Origin: Leptonemataceae bacterium
Lineage (GTDB): Bacteria; Spirochaetota; Leptospiria; Leptospirales; Leptonemataceae
Assembly: GCA_965227295.1 (NCBI GenBank)
Contig: OZ245742.1
Coordinates: 2,592,001-2,656,000 of the forward strand
Length of the DNA: 64,000 bases
Reading direction: 5' to 3'
Shown here piece by piece: positions 19,045 to 29,379 of this stretch; within the stretch, counting starts at the first letter, position 1, and each line of letters begins with the position of its first letter. The notes under the pieces were generated by a model. That model ran no database searches. It worked only from the letters and a program-made list of their open reading frames with translations, and had not been told where the DNA came from. Position numbers and translations under genes: made by a program.

Positions 19045-19521
19045 CTAATTCCGTCGCCGCCAGTCCCACGGGGGTTCGGGATCGCGGTCGCGCCAGAGGC
19101 CGCGTTGGTCTTCCCGGGCCTCGCGTTCCAGGCGGATGAGTTCCGGATCGTCGGTATAACGACGATAGACCCAGGCGTAACCGCGGCGTACGAGTTCGGC
19201 GTTTACGTTGGTTGCCTCGGTCTGCGCTGTAAGATGGACCACCGCCACCAGGCGATCGTACGGATCGACGTCCCTGACTTCGAGGGTGACGTTTGCGCCG
19301 GCAACGAGTTCTGCGAGTTCGCGTTTCGCCGCGCGGCCGTAGGCCTGGCCCAGCTCCGGGGCGTCGATGCCGTGAAAGCGCACGCGTTGCGGTTCGCCGT
19401 CCGTGCTGCGCACTTCGATGGTGTCTCCGTCCGCCACGCGCACGACGGCGTAGCTGTTAACATCTGGTGCGTAGCAGCTTAGAAGGACGAGCCAGGCCGC
19501 GGCCGTTGCGCGCCCGATCAT
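19045..19521 (-). CDS. Thermonuclease (SNase-like) lipoprotein
   Basis: VADGDT, VRFHGIDAPE, DPYDRL, LVRRGYAW, RGLW. Confidence 0.92.
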   Translation of the reverse strand: MIGRATAAAWLVLLSCYAPDVNSYAVVRVADGDTIEVRSTDGEPQRVRFHGIDAPELGQAYGRAAKRELAELVAGANVTLEVRDVDPYDRLVAVVHLTAQTEATNVNAELVRRGYAWVYRRYTDDPELIRLEREAREDQRGLWRDRDPEPPWDWRRRN

Positions 19522-19522
19522 G

Positions 19523-20266
19523 TTACTTCTTGCTCTGGTTGGCGACGGCCTCGGCAGCTTTCTTCGCGGCTTCGGCGTCGCCCAGGTAGTAGTGTTTGAC
19601 GGGCCTTAAGTTGTCGTCGAGTTCGTAGACCAGCGGAATGCCGGTGGGGATGTTCAGCCCGGTGATGTCCTCGTCGCTGATGCCGTCCAGGTACTTGACG
19701 AGGGCGCGCAGGCTGTTGCCGTGAGCGGCGATGAGGACCTTCTTGCCGGCGCGAACCTCCGGGGCGATTTCGTTTTCCCAGGTGGGCACCACGCGTTCGA
19801 CGGTTTCCTTGAGGCTTTCGGTGGCCGGCAATTCCGCGGGAGTAAGATCCTGATAGGCAGCGAGATATTTAGGATGGCGCTCGTCGTCTTCACTGAGGGG
19901 CGGCGGCGGAGTATCGTAGGAGCGGCGCCAGACATGCACCTGATCTTCGCCGTGTTTCTCGGCGGTCTCGCTTTTGTTCAGGCCCTGCAGCGCGCCGTAG
20001 TGGCGTTCGTTCAACTTCCAGTTGCGCCGCACGGGAATCCACATGAGGTCCATTTCGTCCAGGACGATCCACAGCGTGCGAATGGCCCGCTTGAGCCGGG
20101 AGGTATAGGCGAGATCGAAGGTGTAGCCCTCGGACTTAAGCAACTGTCCGGCCGTTGTCGCCTCGGCCCGGCCCTGGTCGCTGAGATCGACGTCGTACCA
20201 TCCCGTGAAGCGGTTTTCCTGATTCCAGCGGCTCTGGCCGTGTCGTACGAGAACGAGTTTGAACAT
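19523..20266 (-). CDS. gpmA: 2,3-bisphosphoglycerate-dependent phosphoglycerate mutase
   Basis: [33 protein letters not shown]. Confidence 0.97.
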   Translation of the reverse strand: MFKLVLVRHGQSRWNQENRFTGWYDVDLSDQGRAEATTAGQLLKSEGYTFDLAYTSRLKRAIRTLWIVLDEMDLMWIPVRRNWKLNERHYGALQGLNKSETAEKHGEDQVHVWRRSYDTPPPPLSEDDERHPKYLAAYQDLTPAELPATESLKETVERVVPTWENEIAPEVRAGKKVLIAAHGNSLRALVKYLDGISDEDITGLNIPTGIPLVYELDDNLRPVKHYYLGDAEAAKKAAEAVANQSKK

Positions 20267-20390
20267 GCGTGGCTCCGTTTGCGCGGCGACCGGGAAATAC
20301 TTGCCTCATGCGGTCGCAGAATTATTGTCGAACATATTCCGACGCTGGATGCTGCCGTCAAGCCATCCCCGCGCCGGCCAGACCGAAGCC

Positions 20391-20615
20391 ATGCATCCGA
20401 ATTCCGCCGGCACCGTAGTAAAGCACGAGACGAAACGCTGCCCGCGCTGCGACGCGTCGTTTGTCTGTCGCGTGGGGGATGTTGTTAACTGTCAGTGTTC
20501 AGAAGTTAGCATCGATACTGCCGGTCGCGAACGCATCGGCCGCTGGCTGTCGGAACACTCCTCCGGCGATTGTCTCTGCGCCGGCTGTCTGCGCGAGCTG
20601 GCCGCGGACGCATAG
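20391..20615 (+). CDS. Cys-rich CWC-family small protein
   Basis: KHETKRCPRCDASFVC...NCQC...CLCAGCL; start uncertain. Confidence 0.75.
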   Translation: MHPNSAGTVVKHETKRCPRCDASFVCRVGDVVNCQCSEVSIDTAGRERIGRWLSEHSSGDCLCAGCLRELAADA

Positions 20616-20636
20616 CTTTCATTGGGGAAAACTCAT

Positions 20637-20963
20637 ATGACCGATCTGGACGCCGTTCGAAAAAAACTGGAAGACCGTCGCCGTACCTTGCTGGAACGCG
20701 ACGAACGTCTTACGCGGGACATTCGCCATACGGAAGCACCGCCGAAGGCGGACTCCGGGGAGCGCGCCCTGGATCAGGAAAACGACGAGGTCCTCGATGC
20801 CCTGGACGAAGCGACCCGGGAAGAGATCCGGGCTATCGACGCCGCCCTGGGGCGTTTGGCCGGCGGCCAGTACGGGCAGTGCACGACCTGCGGCAAAACG
20901 ATCGATGCGCGACGCCTGGAGTTCATTCCCCATGCGGCGCAGTGCGCGACCTGTGCAGCCTGA
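20637..20963 (+). CDS. TraR/DksA C4-type zinc finger protein
   Basis: Coiled coil; YGQCTTCG...RLEFIPHAAQCATC. Confidence 0.9.
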   Translation: MTDLDAVRKKLEDRRRTLLERDERLTRDIRHTEAPPKADSGERALDQENDEVLDALDEATREEIRAIDAALGRLAGGQYGQCTTCGKTIDARRLEFIPHAAQCATCAA

Positions 20964-20982
20964 GCGCTGAGTCCGCGTTGCC

Positions 20983-21558
20983 ATGATCGAATGGATCGCC
21001 GTCGTCTTCGGCTTTGTCTGCGTTGTACTTACCGTGCGTCAGAACATATGGTGTTGGCCCGCGGGGCTCATCCAGGTCTTGCTGTACATTTATGTCTTCT
21101 ACGAGGCGAAGCTGTACTCCGACGTTATCCTGCACATCGTTTACGTCTTTCTTCAGTTTTACGGTTGGTACCACTGGCTCTACGGCGGCACTCGCTTTCA
21201 CGATCTGCCCGTAACTTCCTCCGGCTGGATGTTTGCGCCCTGGCTGTGCGGCGTTCTGGCCGGTAGTTACCTGTGGGGCTTCGGCATGGAGCGATACACC
21301 GACGCCGCGATACCATACGGCGACGCCTTCACCACGGTAGCGTCTCTGGCCGCGCAGTACCTGCTCGCGCGGAAACAACTGGAATCGTGGTTGCTCTGGA
21401 TCGCGGTGGACATCGTGGCCGTGTGGATCTACCAGGAGAAGGCTCTGTATCCGACGGCGATGCTGTATGGCGTGTTTCTCGTGCTCGCGACGTTGGGATT
21501 TCTCGCATGGCGAAAGTCGATGCAGGAACATCGTGGCGATGCACAGACGCGTCCTTGA
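20983..21558 (+). CDS. pnuC: Nicotinamide riboside transporter PnuC family
   Basis: RQNIWCWPAG, YGWYHW, PYGDAFTT, RKQLESWLLWIAVD. Confidence 0.92.
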   Translation: MIEWIAVVFGFVCVVLTVRQNIWCWPAGLIQVLLYIYVFYEAKLYSDVILHIVYVFLQFYGWYHWLYGGTRFHDLPVTSSGWMFAPWLCGVLAGSYLWGFGMERYTDAAIPYGDAFTTVASLAAQYLLARKQLESWLLWIAVDIVAVWIYQEKALYPTAMLYGVFLVLATLGFLAWRKSMQEHRGDAQTRP

Positions 21559-21643
21559 CTTTCCCGGCGCGCGTGTCATCTTACTGCTCACGCTTTGAAA
21601 GATTCTGTTGCGCCATTACGCATGCAGCGGAACCTTCGACGAC

Positions 21644-23239
21644 ATGAGCACGCCCGCGGAAACAAAGTACATTCTGACGATCGATCTCGGCACGTCCGGT
21701 CCCAAGGTTTCGCTTTACGATACCCAGGCGCGGCAGGTGCCGGGGGCCGCGGAGTTCGAAGAAACCCCGGTGCACCTGAGTCCCGGCGGGGGAGCGGAGC
21801 AGGATCCGGATGATTGGTGGCGCGCGATCACGACGGCGTCGCGAAGATTGCTCAAGCGGAATCTGGTGCCGCTTGCGGATGTCGTGGCCGTGTGTTGCAC
21901 GTCGCAGTGGTCCGGCACCGTCGCCGTGGATGAAAGCGGTCGGCACCTGGGCAATGCCGTCATCTGGATGGATTCGCGCGGCGCGAAGTACGTAAAGCAA
22001 ATTGCCGACGGCATCGTAAAATTCGAAGGCTACGGCGTCTCGAAGATCTGGAAGTGGCTGCGGATTACCGGCGGTATCCCCGGGAATTCCGGCAAGGATC
22101 CCATCGCGCACATCCTCTATTTGAAGCATGAGTACCCGGAAATTTATCGTAAGACTTTTAACTTTCTGGAGCCTAAAGATTATATCAATGTACGTTTAAG
22201 CGGAAAATTCGCCGCTTCGTACGACAGCATCGCGCTGCACTGGGTCACGGACAATCGGGACATTGCGAACGTGCGCTACCACGACGGCCTGCTGAAACTC
22301 GCGGGCATTGAACGCGAGAAGTTGCCGGAGCTGAAAGAGGCCGTGGACGTGCTCGGCCCGCTTTCGCAAGAGGCGGCCCGGGACCTGGGCCTGGCCGACG
22401 CCGGCGAGATCCACGTCATAATGGGCACGCCGGATTTACACAGCGCTGCCGTGGGCTCCGGTGCGGTGCGCGACTTCGAAGGGCATCTCTACATCGGCAC
22501 CAGCTCCTGGCTGACGTGCCATGTACCGTACAAAAAAGTCGACATCTTTCACAACATGACGACGCTGCCGTCGGCCATCCCGCGCCGTTACTTCATCGCC
22601 AACGAGCAGGAGAGCGCCGGGGCCTGCCTGAAGTATCTGCGCGACGTTATGTTTTATCCGGAGGACGCCCTGGAAAGCGGCCGGCCGCCGGAGGACATCT
22701 TTCGGCGCTTCGACGAACTGGCGGAAAGCGTAAGTGCGGGCGCGGATAAGTTAATCTTTTTGCCCTGGTTGTACGGGGAGCGCACGCCGGTGGAAGATCA
22801 TCACGTGCGCGGCGGGTTTTACAATCAGAGTCTGTCCACGACGCGGGCGCACATGATTCGCGCCGTGCTGGAAGGCGTGGCCTACAACTCGCGCTGGTTG
22901 TTGGGCGCCGTCGAGAACTTCATCAAACGCAAGTTCGATGTGATTCACATGATCGGCGGCGGCGCGAACAGTGAGCTGTGGTGCCGCATTCACGCCGACG
23001 TGCTGGATCGTGAGATCAAGCAGATCCAGGATCCCATCCAGGCCAACTCCAGGGGCGCGGCCTGTCTCGCCGCCGTGGCCCTGGGTTACATGCGCTTTGA
23101 GGACGTCGCCGATCGCGTGGAGGTGCGGAAGACCTTTCATCCGAACCCGGCGAACCGCGCCATCTACGACGAACTCTTCGGAGAGTTTTTGAACATTTAC
23201 AAGGCGAACAAGAAAATTTACGCGCGGCTGAATCGTTAA
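21644..23239 (+). CDS. FGGY-family carbohydrate kinase (xylulokinase-like)
   Basis: [51 protein letters not shown]. Confidence 0.92.
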   Translation: MSTPAETKYILTIDLGTSGPKVSLYDTQARQVPGAAEFEETPVHLSPGGGAEQDPDDWWRAITTASRRLLKRNLVPLADVVAVCCTSQWSGTVAVDESGRHLGNAVIWMDSRGAKYVKQIADGIVKFEGYGVSKIWKWLRITGGIPGNSGKDPIAHILYLKHEYPEIYRKTFNFLEPKDYINVRLSGKFAASYDSIALHWVTDNRDIANVRYHDGLLKLAGIEREKLPELKEAVDVLGPLSQEAARDLGLADAGEIHVIMGTPDLHSAAVGSGAVRDFEGHLYIGTSSWLTCHVPYKKVDIFHNMTTLPSAIPRRYFIANEQESAGACLKYLRDVMFYPEDALESGRPPEDIFRRFDELAESVSAGADKLIFLPWLYGERTPVEDHHVRGGFYNQSLSTTRAHMIRAVLEGVAYNSRWLLGAVENFIKRKFDVIHMIGGGANSELWCRIHADVLDREIKQIQDPIQANSRGAACLAAVALGYMRFEDVADRVEVRKTFHPNPANRAIYDELFGEFLNIYKANKKIYARLNR

Positions 23240-23271
23240 TATTTACGCCGCAAATATTAAGAGAATCATCT

Positions 23272-24783
23272 ATGGATATGCTGGACTTTGTACAGACAAA
23301 ATTGAGCTGGGTGCCCGCGCCGCTTATGGCCCGCCTGGAACGCCTGGCCAAACGCATCCCCGCCGTGCGCAAAGAGATCGAGAAGCAGTACGATGAGCTG
23401 CTCGGCGGTGAGATGGAGGAGGGGCTCAAACCCTATCGGGATTCCCACGCCGTGCATTCGGCGCTGCCGCGCAAGGGCGAGTCCCGCACGAAGATCTTGA
23501 AAGAAGTTCAGGATCTGAAGAAACGCGAGGAGGCTCGCTGGAAAAAGGGCTTTGTCTCCGGCGCGGTGTATCACGGCGACGATGCGCACATCGATTTTCT
23601 CAATAAGATCTACGCCGTTCAGTCACAGACGAATCCGCTGCACTCGGATCTCTGGCCCTCGATCACGAAGTTCGAGGCGGAGATCGTCTCGATGACGGCG
23701 AACATGCTCGGGGCCGCACAGGCTCCGGATGAAATCGTCGGCTGTGTTTCTTCCGGCGGCACCGAATCGATCCTGCTGGCCATGAAGGCCTATCGCGATT
23801 ACGCCCGGCAGGCGCGCGGGATTTCCCGGCCCAATATCGTGGCGCCGGTTACGGCCCACGCGGCCTTCGACAAGGCCGCCGAATTTTTTAACATTCAGCT
23901 ACGTAAAGCTAAGATCGGCCCGGACTACCGCGCGGACGTCGCCGACGTGAAACGCCGCACGGACTCCAATACCATTTGCATCGTGGGCTCGGCGCCGACA
24001 TTCCCGCACGGCGTCATCGACCCCATTGAGGAACTTTCGGAGTTCGCGCGGGGGAAGGGCATCCCCTTTCACACGGATGCCTGCCTGGGCGGATTTGTAC
24101 TGCCCTTCGCGGAGAAACTCGGGGCCCCGGTGCCGCCGTTCGACTTTCGCCTGCCCGGCGTCACCAGCATGTCCGCGGATACGCATAAGTTCGGTTACGC
24201 CTCGAAGGGCACGTCCGTGGTGCTCTATCGCGGTCGAGAATTTCGTCATTATCAGTTCTTTACGATTACCGATTGGCCCGGCGGCATGTACTTCTCGCCG
24301 ACCTTCGCCGGCAGCCGGCCGGGCGCCCTCTCCGCGGTTTGCTGGGCCGCCATGGTCTCCATGGGGGAGCAGGGTTACTTAGATGCTACGAAAAAGATCT
24401 TAAGCACCGCCGCGAAGATTCGCGAGGGCATCGAGGCGATCCCGGAGCTGCGGGTTTTCGGTGATCCGCTCTGGGTGATCGCCTTCGGCAGCGATGAACT
24501 GGATATATATCGCGTAATGGAATTCATGACCGAGCGGCACTGGAACCTGAACGGATTGCATAAGCCGTCCTGCGTGCACATTTGCGTGACGTTGCGCCAC
24601 ACGCAATCCGGCGTGGCCGCGCGTTTCTTGAAAGATTTACGCGCGGCCGTGGAACACGTAAAGGCGCATCCGGCGAAAGAGGGCGGCATGGCCCCGGTCT
24701 ACGGCATGGCGGCGACGTTGCCCATGCGCGGGCTGGTGAGTGAAATGTTGAAGCGTTATCTTGACCTGGTGTATAAGGTGTGA
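23272..24783 (+). CDS. Sphingosine-1-phosphate lyase-like PLP enzyme
   Basis: [47 protein letters not shown] (PLP Lys), GSRPG. Confidence 0.9.
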   Translation: MDMLDFVQTKLSWVPAPLMARLERLAKRIPAVRKEIEKQYDELLGGEMEEGLKPYRDSHAVHSALPRKGESRTKILKEVQDLKKREEARWKKGFVSGAVYHGDDAHIDFLNKIYAVQSQTNPLHSDLWPSITKFEAEIVSMTANMLGAAQAPDEIVGCVSSGGTESILLAMKAYRDYARQARGISRPNIVAPVTAHAAFDKAAEFFNIQLRKAKIGPDYRADVADVKRRTDSNTICIVGSAPTFPHGVIDPIEELSEFARGKGIPFHTDACLGGFVLPFAEKLGAPVPPFDFRLPGVTSMSADTHKFGYASKGTSVVLYRGREFRHYQFFTITDWPGGMYFSPTFAGSRPGALSAVCWAAMVSMGEQGYLDATKKILSTAAKIREGIEAIPELRVFGDPLWVIAFGSDELDIYRVMEFMTERHWNLNGLHKPSCVHICVTLRHTQSGVAARFLKDLRAAVEHVKAHPAKEGGMAPVYGMAATLPMRGLVSEMLKRYLDLVYKV

Positions 24784-24878
24784 TGGCTAATGTGCGGAGT
24801 CTAAAGATTTGCGCTAAAAAAAGCCGGAGAGTTGTTGCCGTATAATACGCTCTTGCTAAGATTCGGCGAGGGGATCTT

Positions 24879-26084
24879 ATGCAATCTTTGTACATTCGCA
24901 TCGGTACGTTAATTCTAAGCATTTCATTGATCATCGTAGTCTTCTTCGGCGACGCTCTCTCCGGAGATGACAAAAAGGAAATCCACCTGCCCGTGGACCG
25001 CGTGGCACATCTCTATCACGGAACGCTCCTGGACGAAAAACGCCGCGAACTCAAGCTGAAGCCGGCGGAGATCATCTTCATGCAGGATTCGTTGATCGAG
25101 TACCTGCTGAAGTATGAAAGCGCTTCATTAAACAGCATGGCCGCGCGCTGGTTGAAGGGCATGAAGGAACTCATGCCCTCCGAGGGCGAGGAGATGATAC
25201 TCAAACACGCGGTTCTGAACATGATCCTGAAAAAAGGTAAGAGCCGGGAACGCCTGGAGTACAAAGTCAAGTACGACATCCTGTTACCCGCTATATGGCT
25301 CTGGCAGCGTCCCCTGGAGCTACGCATCTTCGTCCTTGATTGGGCCGAGGAGTTCGAGCTGTACTCCTGGATAGACCAAATCGCCGAATCGTCCGGTGAT
25401 TACATAAAAGATTGTCGCGCGGCCGGTGTGCCGATTCCGCCGGATTGGCCGGACGAACGCTGGAAGTACCAGGGAACTCTGACCTTTACCTTCATTGAGC
25501 AGGGCCGCGAAGAAACAAAGGTATATGCGTATCTCGATCCGGAACTGAAGGGCGCGTGCATTGCCCTGCCGCGGATTAACGACGGCAAAATCGAACCGCT
25601 GGGATTCATCTGCCAGGGCTACGAATCCGGCCGCGCGTGTTTTTGGGACAACATCAGCCGTAAGAGTGGGACGAAGCTCCGCGGCCCGGAGGACGAGTTA
25701 TCGTTTAAGATCGCGGACATCCAGGGGGGCGACGTGCTCGCCGACAACTGCACCGAGTGCCATCGCGGCGAAAATGCCTTCATGATTCATCCGCAAACGC
25801 CGCTGCAACTCCCGGCCCCTTACGAAACCAGAACGTATCGCCGCTACGATCCCCTGGGACAGGCCGATTGGAGCAATCCCCCGTATCACGACTTCCCCGA
25901 CGGCGACGCCGCTGCATGCGAGGCCTGTCATAAGGTGCCGCAATTGCACTTGCGCTTTTGTGCTCTACTCGTTTCGGCGGCGGATTACTCCATGCCTTCG
26001 CAGAGTGATCCGGTGGGCTGGGATAATCCGCAGGGGTACGCCGCGGCGAGCATGAATCATTTGAAAGAGGCCTGCGGAGATTAG
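24879..26084 (+). CDS. Exported hypothetical protein with two CxxCH heme-binding motifs
   Basis: N-terminal hydrophobic segment; CTECH and CEACH. Confidence 0.7.
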   Translation: MQSLYIRIGTLILSISLIIVVFFGDALSGDDKKEIHLPVDRVAHLYHGTLLDEKRRELKLKPAEIIFMQDSLIEYLLKYESASLNSMAARWLKGMKELMPSEGEEMILKHAVLNMILKKGKSRERLEYKVKYDILLPAIWLWQRPLELRIFVLDWAEEFELYSWIDQIAESSGDYIKDCRAAGVPIPPDWPDERWKYQGTLTFTFIEQGREETKVYAYLDPELKGACIALPRINDGKIEPLGFICQGYESGRACFWDNISRKSGTKLRGPEDELSFKIADIQGGDVLADNCTECHRGENAFMIHPQTPLQLPAPYETRTYRRYDPLGQADWSNPPYHDFPDGDAAACEACHKVPQLHLRFCALLVSAADYSMPSQSDPVGWDNPQGYAAASMNHLKEACGD

Positions 26085-26101
26085 TAATATGCCGGCCGCC
26101 G

Positions 26102-26722
26102 TCAACGACTCGCCGGCAACCAGGTCGTCTCCGGCAGCTCCGGAATCACTAACTTGCCTTCAGAATTAATTACGCCTACGATATCTTTGCGCAGGGCCAG
26201 CACGAACGTTATGCGGTCCCCTTCTTGCAGCGTTTCGTAGAAGTGCTCAAAGATGAGTTTGCCGCTGTCGCGGAGCACCGAGTCCGCGGCGGCGCTCGGT
26301 CGGCCGCGGCTCAGATAAAACAGCTCCGTCCGATCTTCCAGCCTGCTCAGCGGGCTGCGCTCGCCGTCCGCTTTCACGGTAAAGGCCTCCTGAACTTCCA
26401 GGCCCAGGTGCCTGCTCTTGCGATCCGTGCTCAGGCCGCGATCTTTCACGATGCCGTCGATGACGTAGACGTTGGTGGGATCGTAGGCGGAGATGGTGTA
26501 CAGAGTGAGCCCGCCGGCGAGCAGCGCGCCGAGGGCGAGAATGCCCGCGGGAATGCCGAAGTGCGCGAGGCTGGACTTGCCCATCGTACTTACAAAGCCG
26601 AACACGGAAAACATGGCGAACGCCGCGAAGAGCAGGACGTAGGCCCGGTAGCGTTCAAACAAAAGTTGATCCGCGTAGGGTAAGACCTGAGAATATACTG
26701 CGCTCCAGTCGACAATGTCCAT
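26102..26722 (-). CDS. Hypothetical membrane protein (2 TM)
   Basis: Two hydrophobic segments; GGAG RBS; fills the gap between convergent and divergent genes. Confidence 0.7.
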   Translation of the reverse strand: MDIVDWSAVYSQVLPYADQLLFERYRAYVLLFAAFAMFSVFGFVSTMGKSSLAHFGIPAGILALGALLAGGLTLYTISAYDPTNVYVIDGIVKDRGLSTDRKSRHLGLEVQEAFTVKADGERSPLSRLEDRTELFYLSRGRPSAAADSVLRDSGKLIFEHFYETLQEGDRITFVLALRKDIVGVINSEGKLVIPELPETTWLPASR

Positions 26723-26809
26723 GCCAGCTCCCCGGGCGTGTCGCCCGCCGGAAAAATTGCACTTGCGTGCGTGCAGTGCAAGCAGGAATTATCGGAAAGC
26801 GTAATCTGC

Positions 26810-28270
26810 ATGGGCCGCGAGATCGACAGAGAACACTTCCACGACGCCGACTTCGCGCGCTTTCGGGAGCACCTGCGCGCCGAAACCGAACTGCTTGCTC
26901 AGTGGACGGGAGAACATCGTTTCGCGGACGAACATCCGAGGGGCGGCTTTGAACTGGAAGCGTGGTTACTGGACGCTAACTTTCAGCCGGCGATGATTTA
27001 CGACGAGTTCCGCGCGGCCGTGCCCGCGGGTGAGGATGCCCGGGATCTCATCGCTCCGGAGCTCGCGCGCTTTAACGTGGAGTTGAATCATCATCCGCGG
27101 GAACTGCGACACGATGCGCTGCGCGGATTCGAAAAAGACCTCGGCGAACTCTGGTCGCTCTGCGGGCGGACGGGACGCGAGGCCTTCGACGCCCGGCTCA
27201 TGATGATCGGCATTTTGCCGACCCTTGCCGAAAGCGGGCTCTGCCTGGCGAACATCTCCCGGGGCATGCGTTATCATGCGTTAAACGAACAGATCCTGCG
27301 CCTGCGCGAAGGGCTGCCGCTGGAGCTGAACATCGTCGGCCGGGAGCGGCTCCACGTAACGCACGAAGATGTAATGTTAGAGGCCGCCACCGCCTCGTTT
27401 CAGATTCACTTCCAGGCGCCCCGGGACGATGCCGTGCGCCTCTACAACGCGTCCCTGATTGCGACGGCCCCGCTGGTGGCCGTCGGCGCCAATGCCCCGT
27501 ACCTCTTCGGCAAAGACCTGTGGGAGGAAACGCGCATCCCGCTGTTCGAAGAGGCGGTGGAGTCCGGCGGCCTCGGCGCCGGGGCCTGGGGGCCGCTGCG
27601 CCGGGTGAGTTTCGGCAGTGGTTACGCGCGGCGTTCTCTCTTAGAGGTATTTCAGGAAAACTTAGAGCACTACCCCGTTCTGCTGCCCATCGATTACACG
27701 GAAGCGGACGCCCGGGAACGATTGCGGCATCTGCGATTGCACAACGGCACCATCTGGCGCTGGGTGCGTCCGTTGATCGGTTTCTGCGCGGACGGCCGGC
27801 CGCACTTTCGCATTGAACAGCGGGTCACCGCCGGCGGGCCGACGGTCACGGATCACACGGCGAACATGGCGTTCTACTTCGGCCTGGCCTGGTACTGGGC
27901 CAGGCTGACGGACGAGGCCCCCGAGACGCATCTTGAGTTCGCCGTGGCCCGGGACAATTTTTACAATGCGGCGCGCCACGGTCTCGGGGCGCATCTGCAC
28001 TGGTTCGATGACCGGCGTTGCACGGTGAAAGATGCGATCCTGAAAGATTTGTTGCCGCTGGCGGCGCGGGGTCTCGACGATCTCGGTCTGGACGGAGAAG
28101 ATAGCGGCCGTTATCTGGAAATCATTCGGGCCCGCACCGAAAGCGGGCACACGGGAGCGCACTGGCAGCGCGCGTTCTGCGAAAAATACGGCCGGGACAT
28201 GACGGCCCTGACCCGGGCCTACTACGAACGCCAGGAGAGCGGCGCGCCGGTACATACCTGGGATCTCTAA
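26810..28270 (+). CDS. Glutamate-cysteine ligase family 2 (GS-fold carboxylate-amine ligase)
   Basis: GFELEAWL, ELARFNVELN, ASFQIH, ANAPYLFG, WEETRIPLF, LHNGTIWRW, RIEQR. Confidence 0.88.
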   Translation: MGREIDREHFHDADFARFREHLRAETELLAQWTGEHRFADEHPRGGFELEAWLLDANFQPAMIYDEFRAAVPAGEDARDLIAPELARFNVELNHHPRELRHDALRGFEKDLGELWSLCGRTGREAFDARLMMIGILPTLAESGLCLANISRGMRYHALNEQILRLREGLPLELNIVGRERLHVTHEDVMLEAATASFQIHFQAPRDDAVRLYNASLIATAPLVAVGANAPYLFGKDLWEETRIPLFEEAVESGGLGAGAWGPLRRVSFGSGYARRSLLEVFQENLEHYPVLLPIDYTEADARERLRHLRLHNGTIWRWVRPLIGFCADGRPHFRIEQRVTAGGPTVTDHTANMAFYFGLAWYWARLTDEAPETHLEFAVARDNFYNAARHGLGAHLHWFDDRRCTVKDAILKDLLPLAARGLDDLGLDGEDSGRYLEIIRARTESGHTGAHWQRAFCEKYGRDMTALTRAYYERQESGAPVHTWDL

Positions 28271-29376
28271 TGTCAAATCAAACAAACCTAAAAAAAGACC
28301 GCCGCCGTGCACCGGCCGGGCCGTTCGAGTACGAAAACGAGCTGCCCCCGGGGTTTCTGGACGCCCGGGCCGGCGAACTGCACCGCCTGCTGCCCGGCCC
28401 GTCGCTCATCTGCCTGGCCGATCAGCGCGGGAACCTGGAACATCCGTTGTTTGTTTCCGTGCTGTTGCACGGCAACGAGGAGACCGGGCTGCCGGCCGTG
28501 CAGCGGCTCCTGCGTAAGTATCAAAAAAGTGAAGCTAAAGGGGAGCCGCGCTTCGCTTTGCCGCGCCCGTTGTTCATCTTCGTCGGTAACGTCTGGGCGG
28601 CCCGGGCCGGTCGGCGATTTCTCCAGGGCCAGGCGGATTACAATCGCATCTGGCCGGGCACGGAGTACGACACCGCCGCGGACGCCCCCCATGCGGCCGA
28701 GATCGACATGGCCGTGCGAATCACGGAACGACTCCGCCGCATGGGGCCGTTCGCCAGCATCGACATCCACAACAACACCGGAACGAATCCCCACTACGGC
28801 TGCATCAATCGCCTGGACGATGCGTTCTTGCATCTGGCCGCGCTCTTCGGTCGCACGGTCGTTTACTTTCGTCGACCGAAGGGAGTGCAGTCCATCGCCT
28901 TTTCCGGGATGTGTCCCGCGATTACGATCGAGTGCGGACACTCCGGTGACGAAGCGGGAACCGAGCACGCCTTTGAATTTCTGGACGCCGTCCTGCGACT
29001 GGCGGAGTTCCCCGCGCATGCGCCGGCGAAGCACGACATCGAAGTTTATCACACCGTTGCGCGACTCTTCGTGCCGCAGGAATACACGTTCGCCTTCGGC
29101 CCCGGCGGCACCGACATCATCTTTCGCGCGGACCTGGATCATCTGAACTTTCGAGAGCTGCACACGGGTGAAGAAATCGCCGCGCTGCAGAGCGACGCGC
29201 GCATCTACGTGCGCGGCGAGTACGGCGACGACGTCACGGACGAGTTCTTGAATCACGACGGCGGCCGCATCACCCTGGCGAAGCCGGCCATGCCGTCCAT
29301 GTTTACGCTGGATCCGCGCATTGTGCGCCAGGACTGCCTGGGGTATTTGATGGAGCGGGTCGATCTTAAGTCTTGA
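28270..29376 (+). CDS. M14-like zinc peptidase, succinylglutamate desuccinylase/aspartoacylase family
   Basis: LLHGNE, DYNR, IDIHNN, TIECG; TAATG coupling to the ligase gene. Confidence 0.88.
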   Translation: MSNQTNLKKDRRRAPAGPFEYENELPPGFLDARAGELHRLLPGPSLICLADQRGNLEHPLFVSVLLHGNEETGLPAVQRLLRKYQKSEAKGEPRFALPRPLFIFVGNVWAARAGRRFLQGQADYNRIWPGTEYDTAADAPHAAEIDMAVRITERLRRMGPFASIDIHNNTGTNPHYGCINRLDDAFLHLAALFGRTVVYFRRPKGVQSIAFSGMCPAITIECGHSGDEAGTEHAFEFLDAVLRLAEFPAHAPAKHDIEVYHTVARLFVPQEYTFAFGPGGTDIIFRADLDHLNFRELHTGEEIAALQSDARIYVRGEYGDDVTDEFLNHDGGRITLAKPAMPSMFTLDPRIVRQDCLGYLMERVDLKS

Positions 29377-29379
29377 TCG

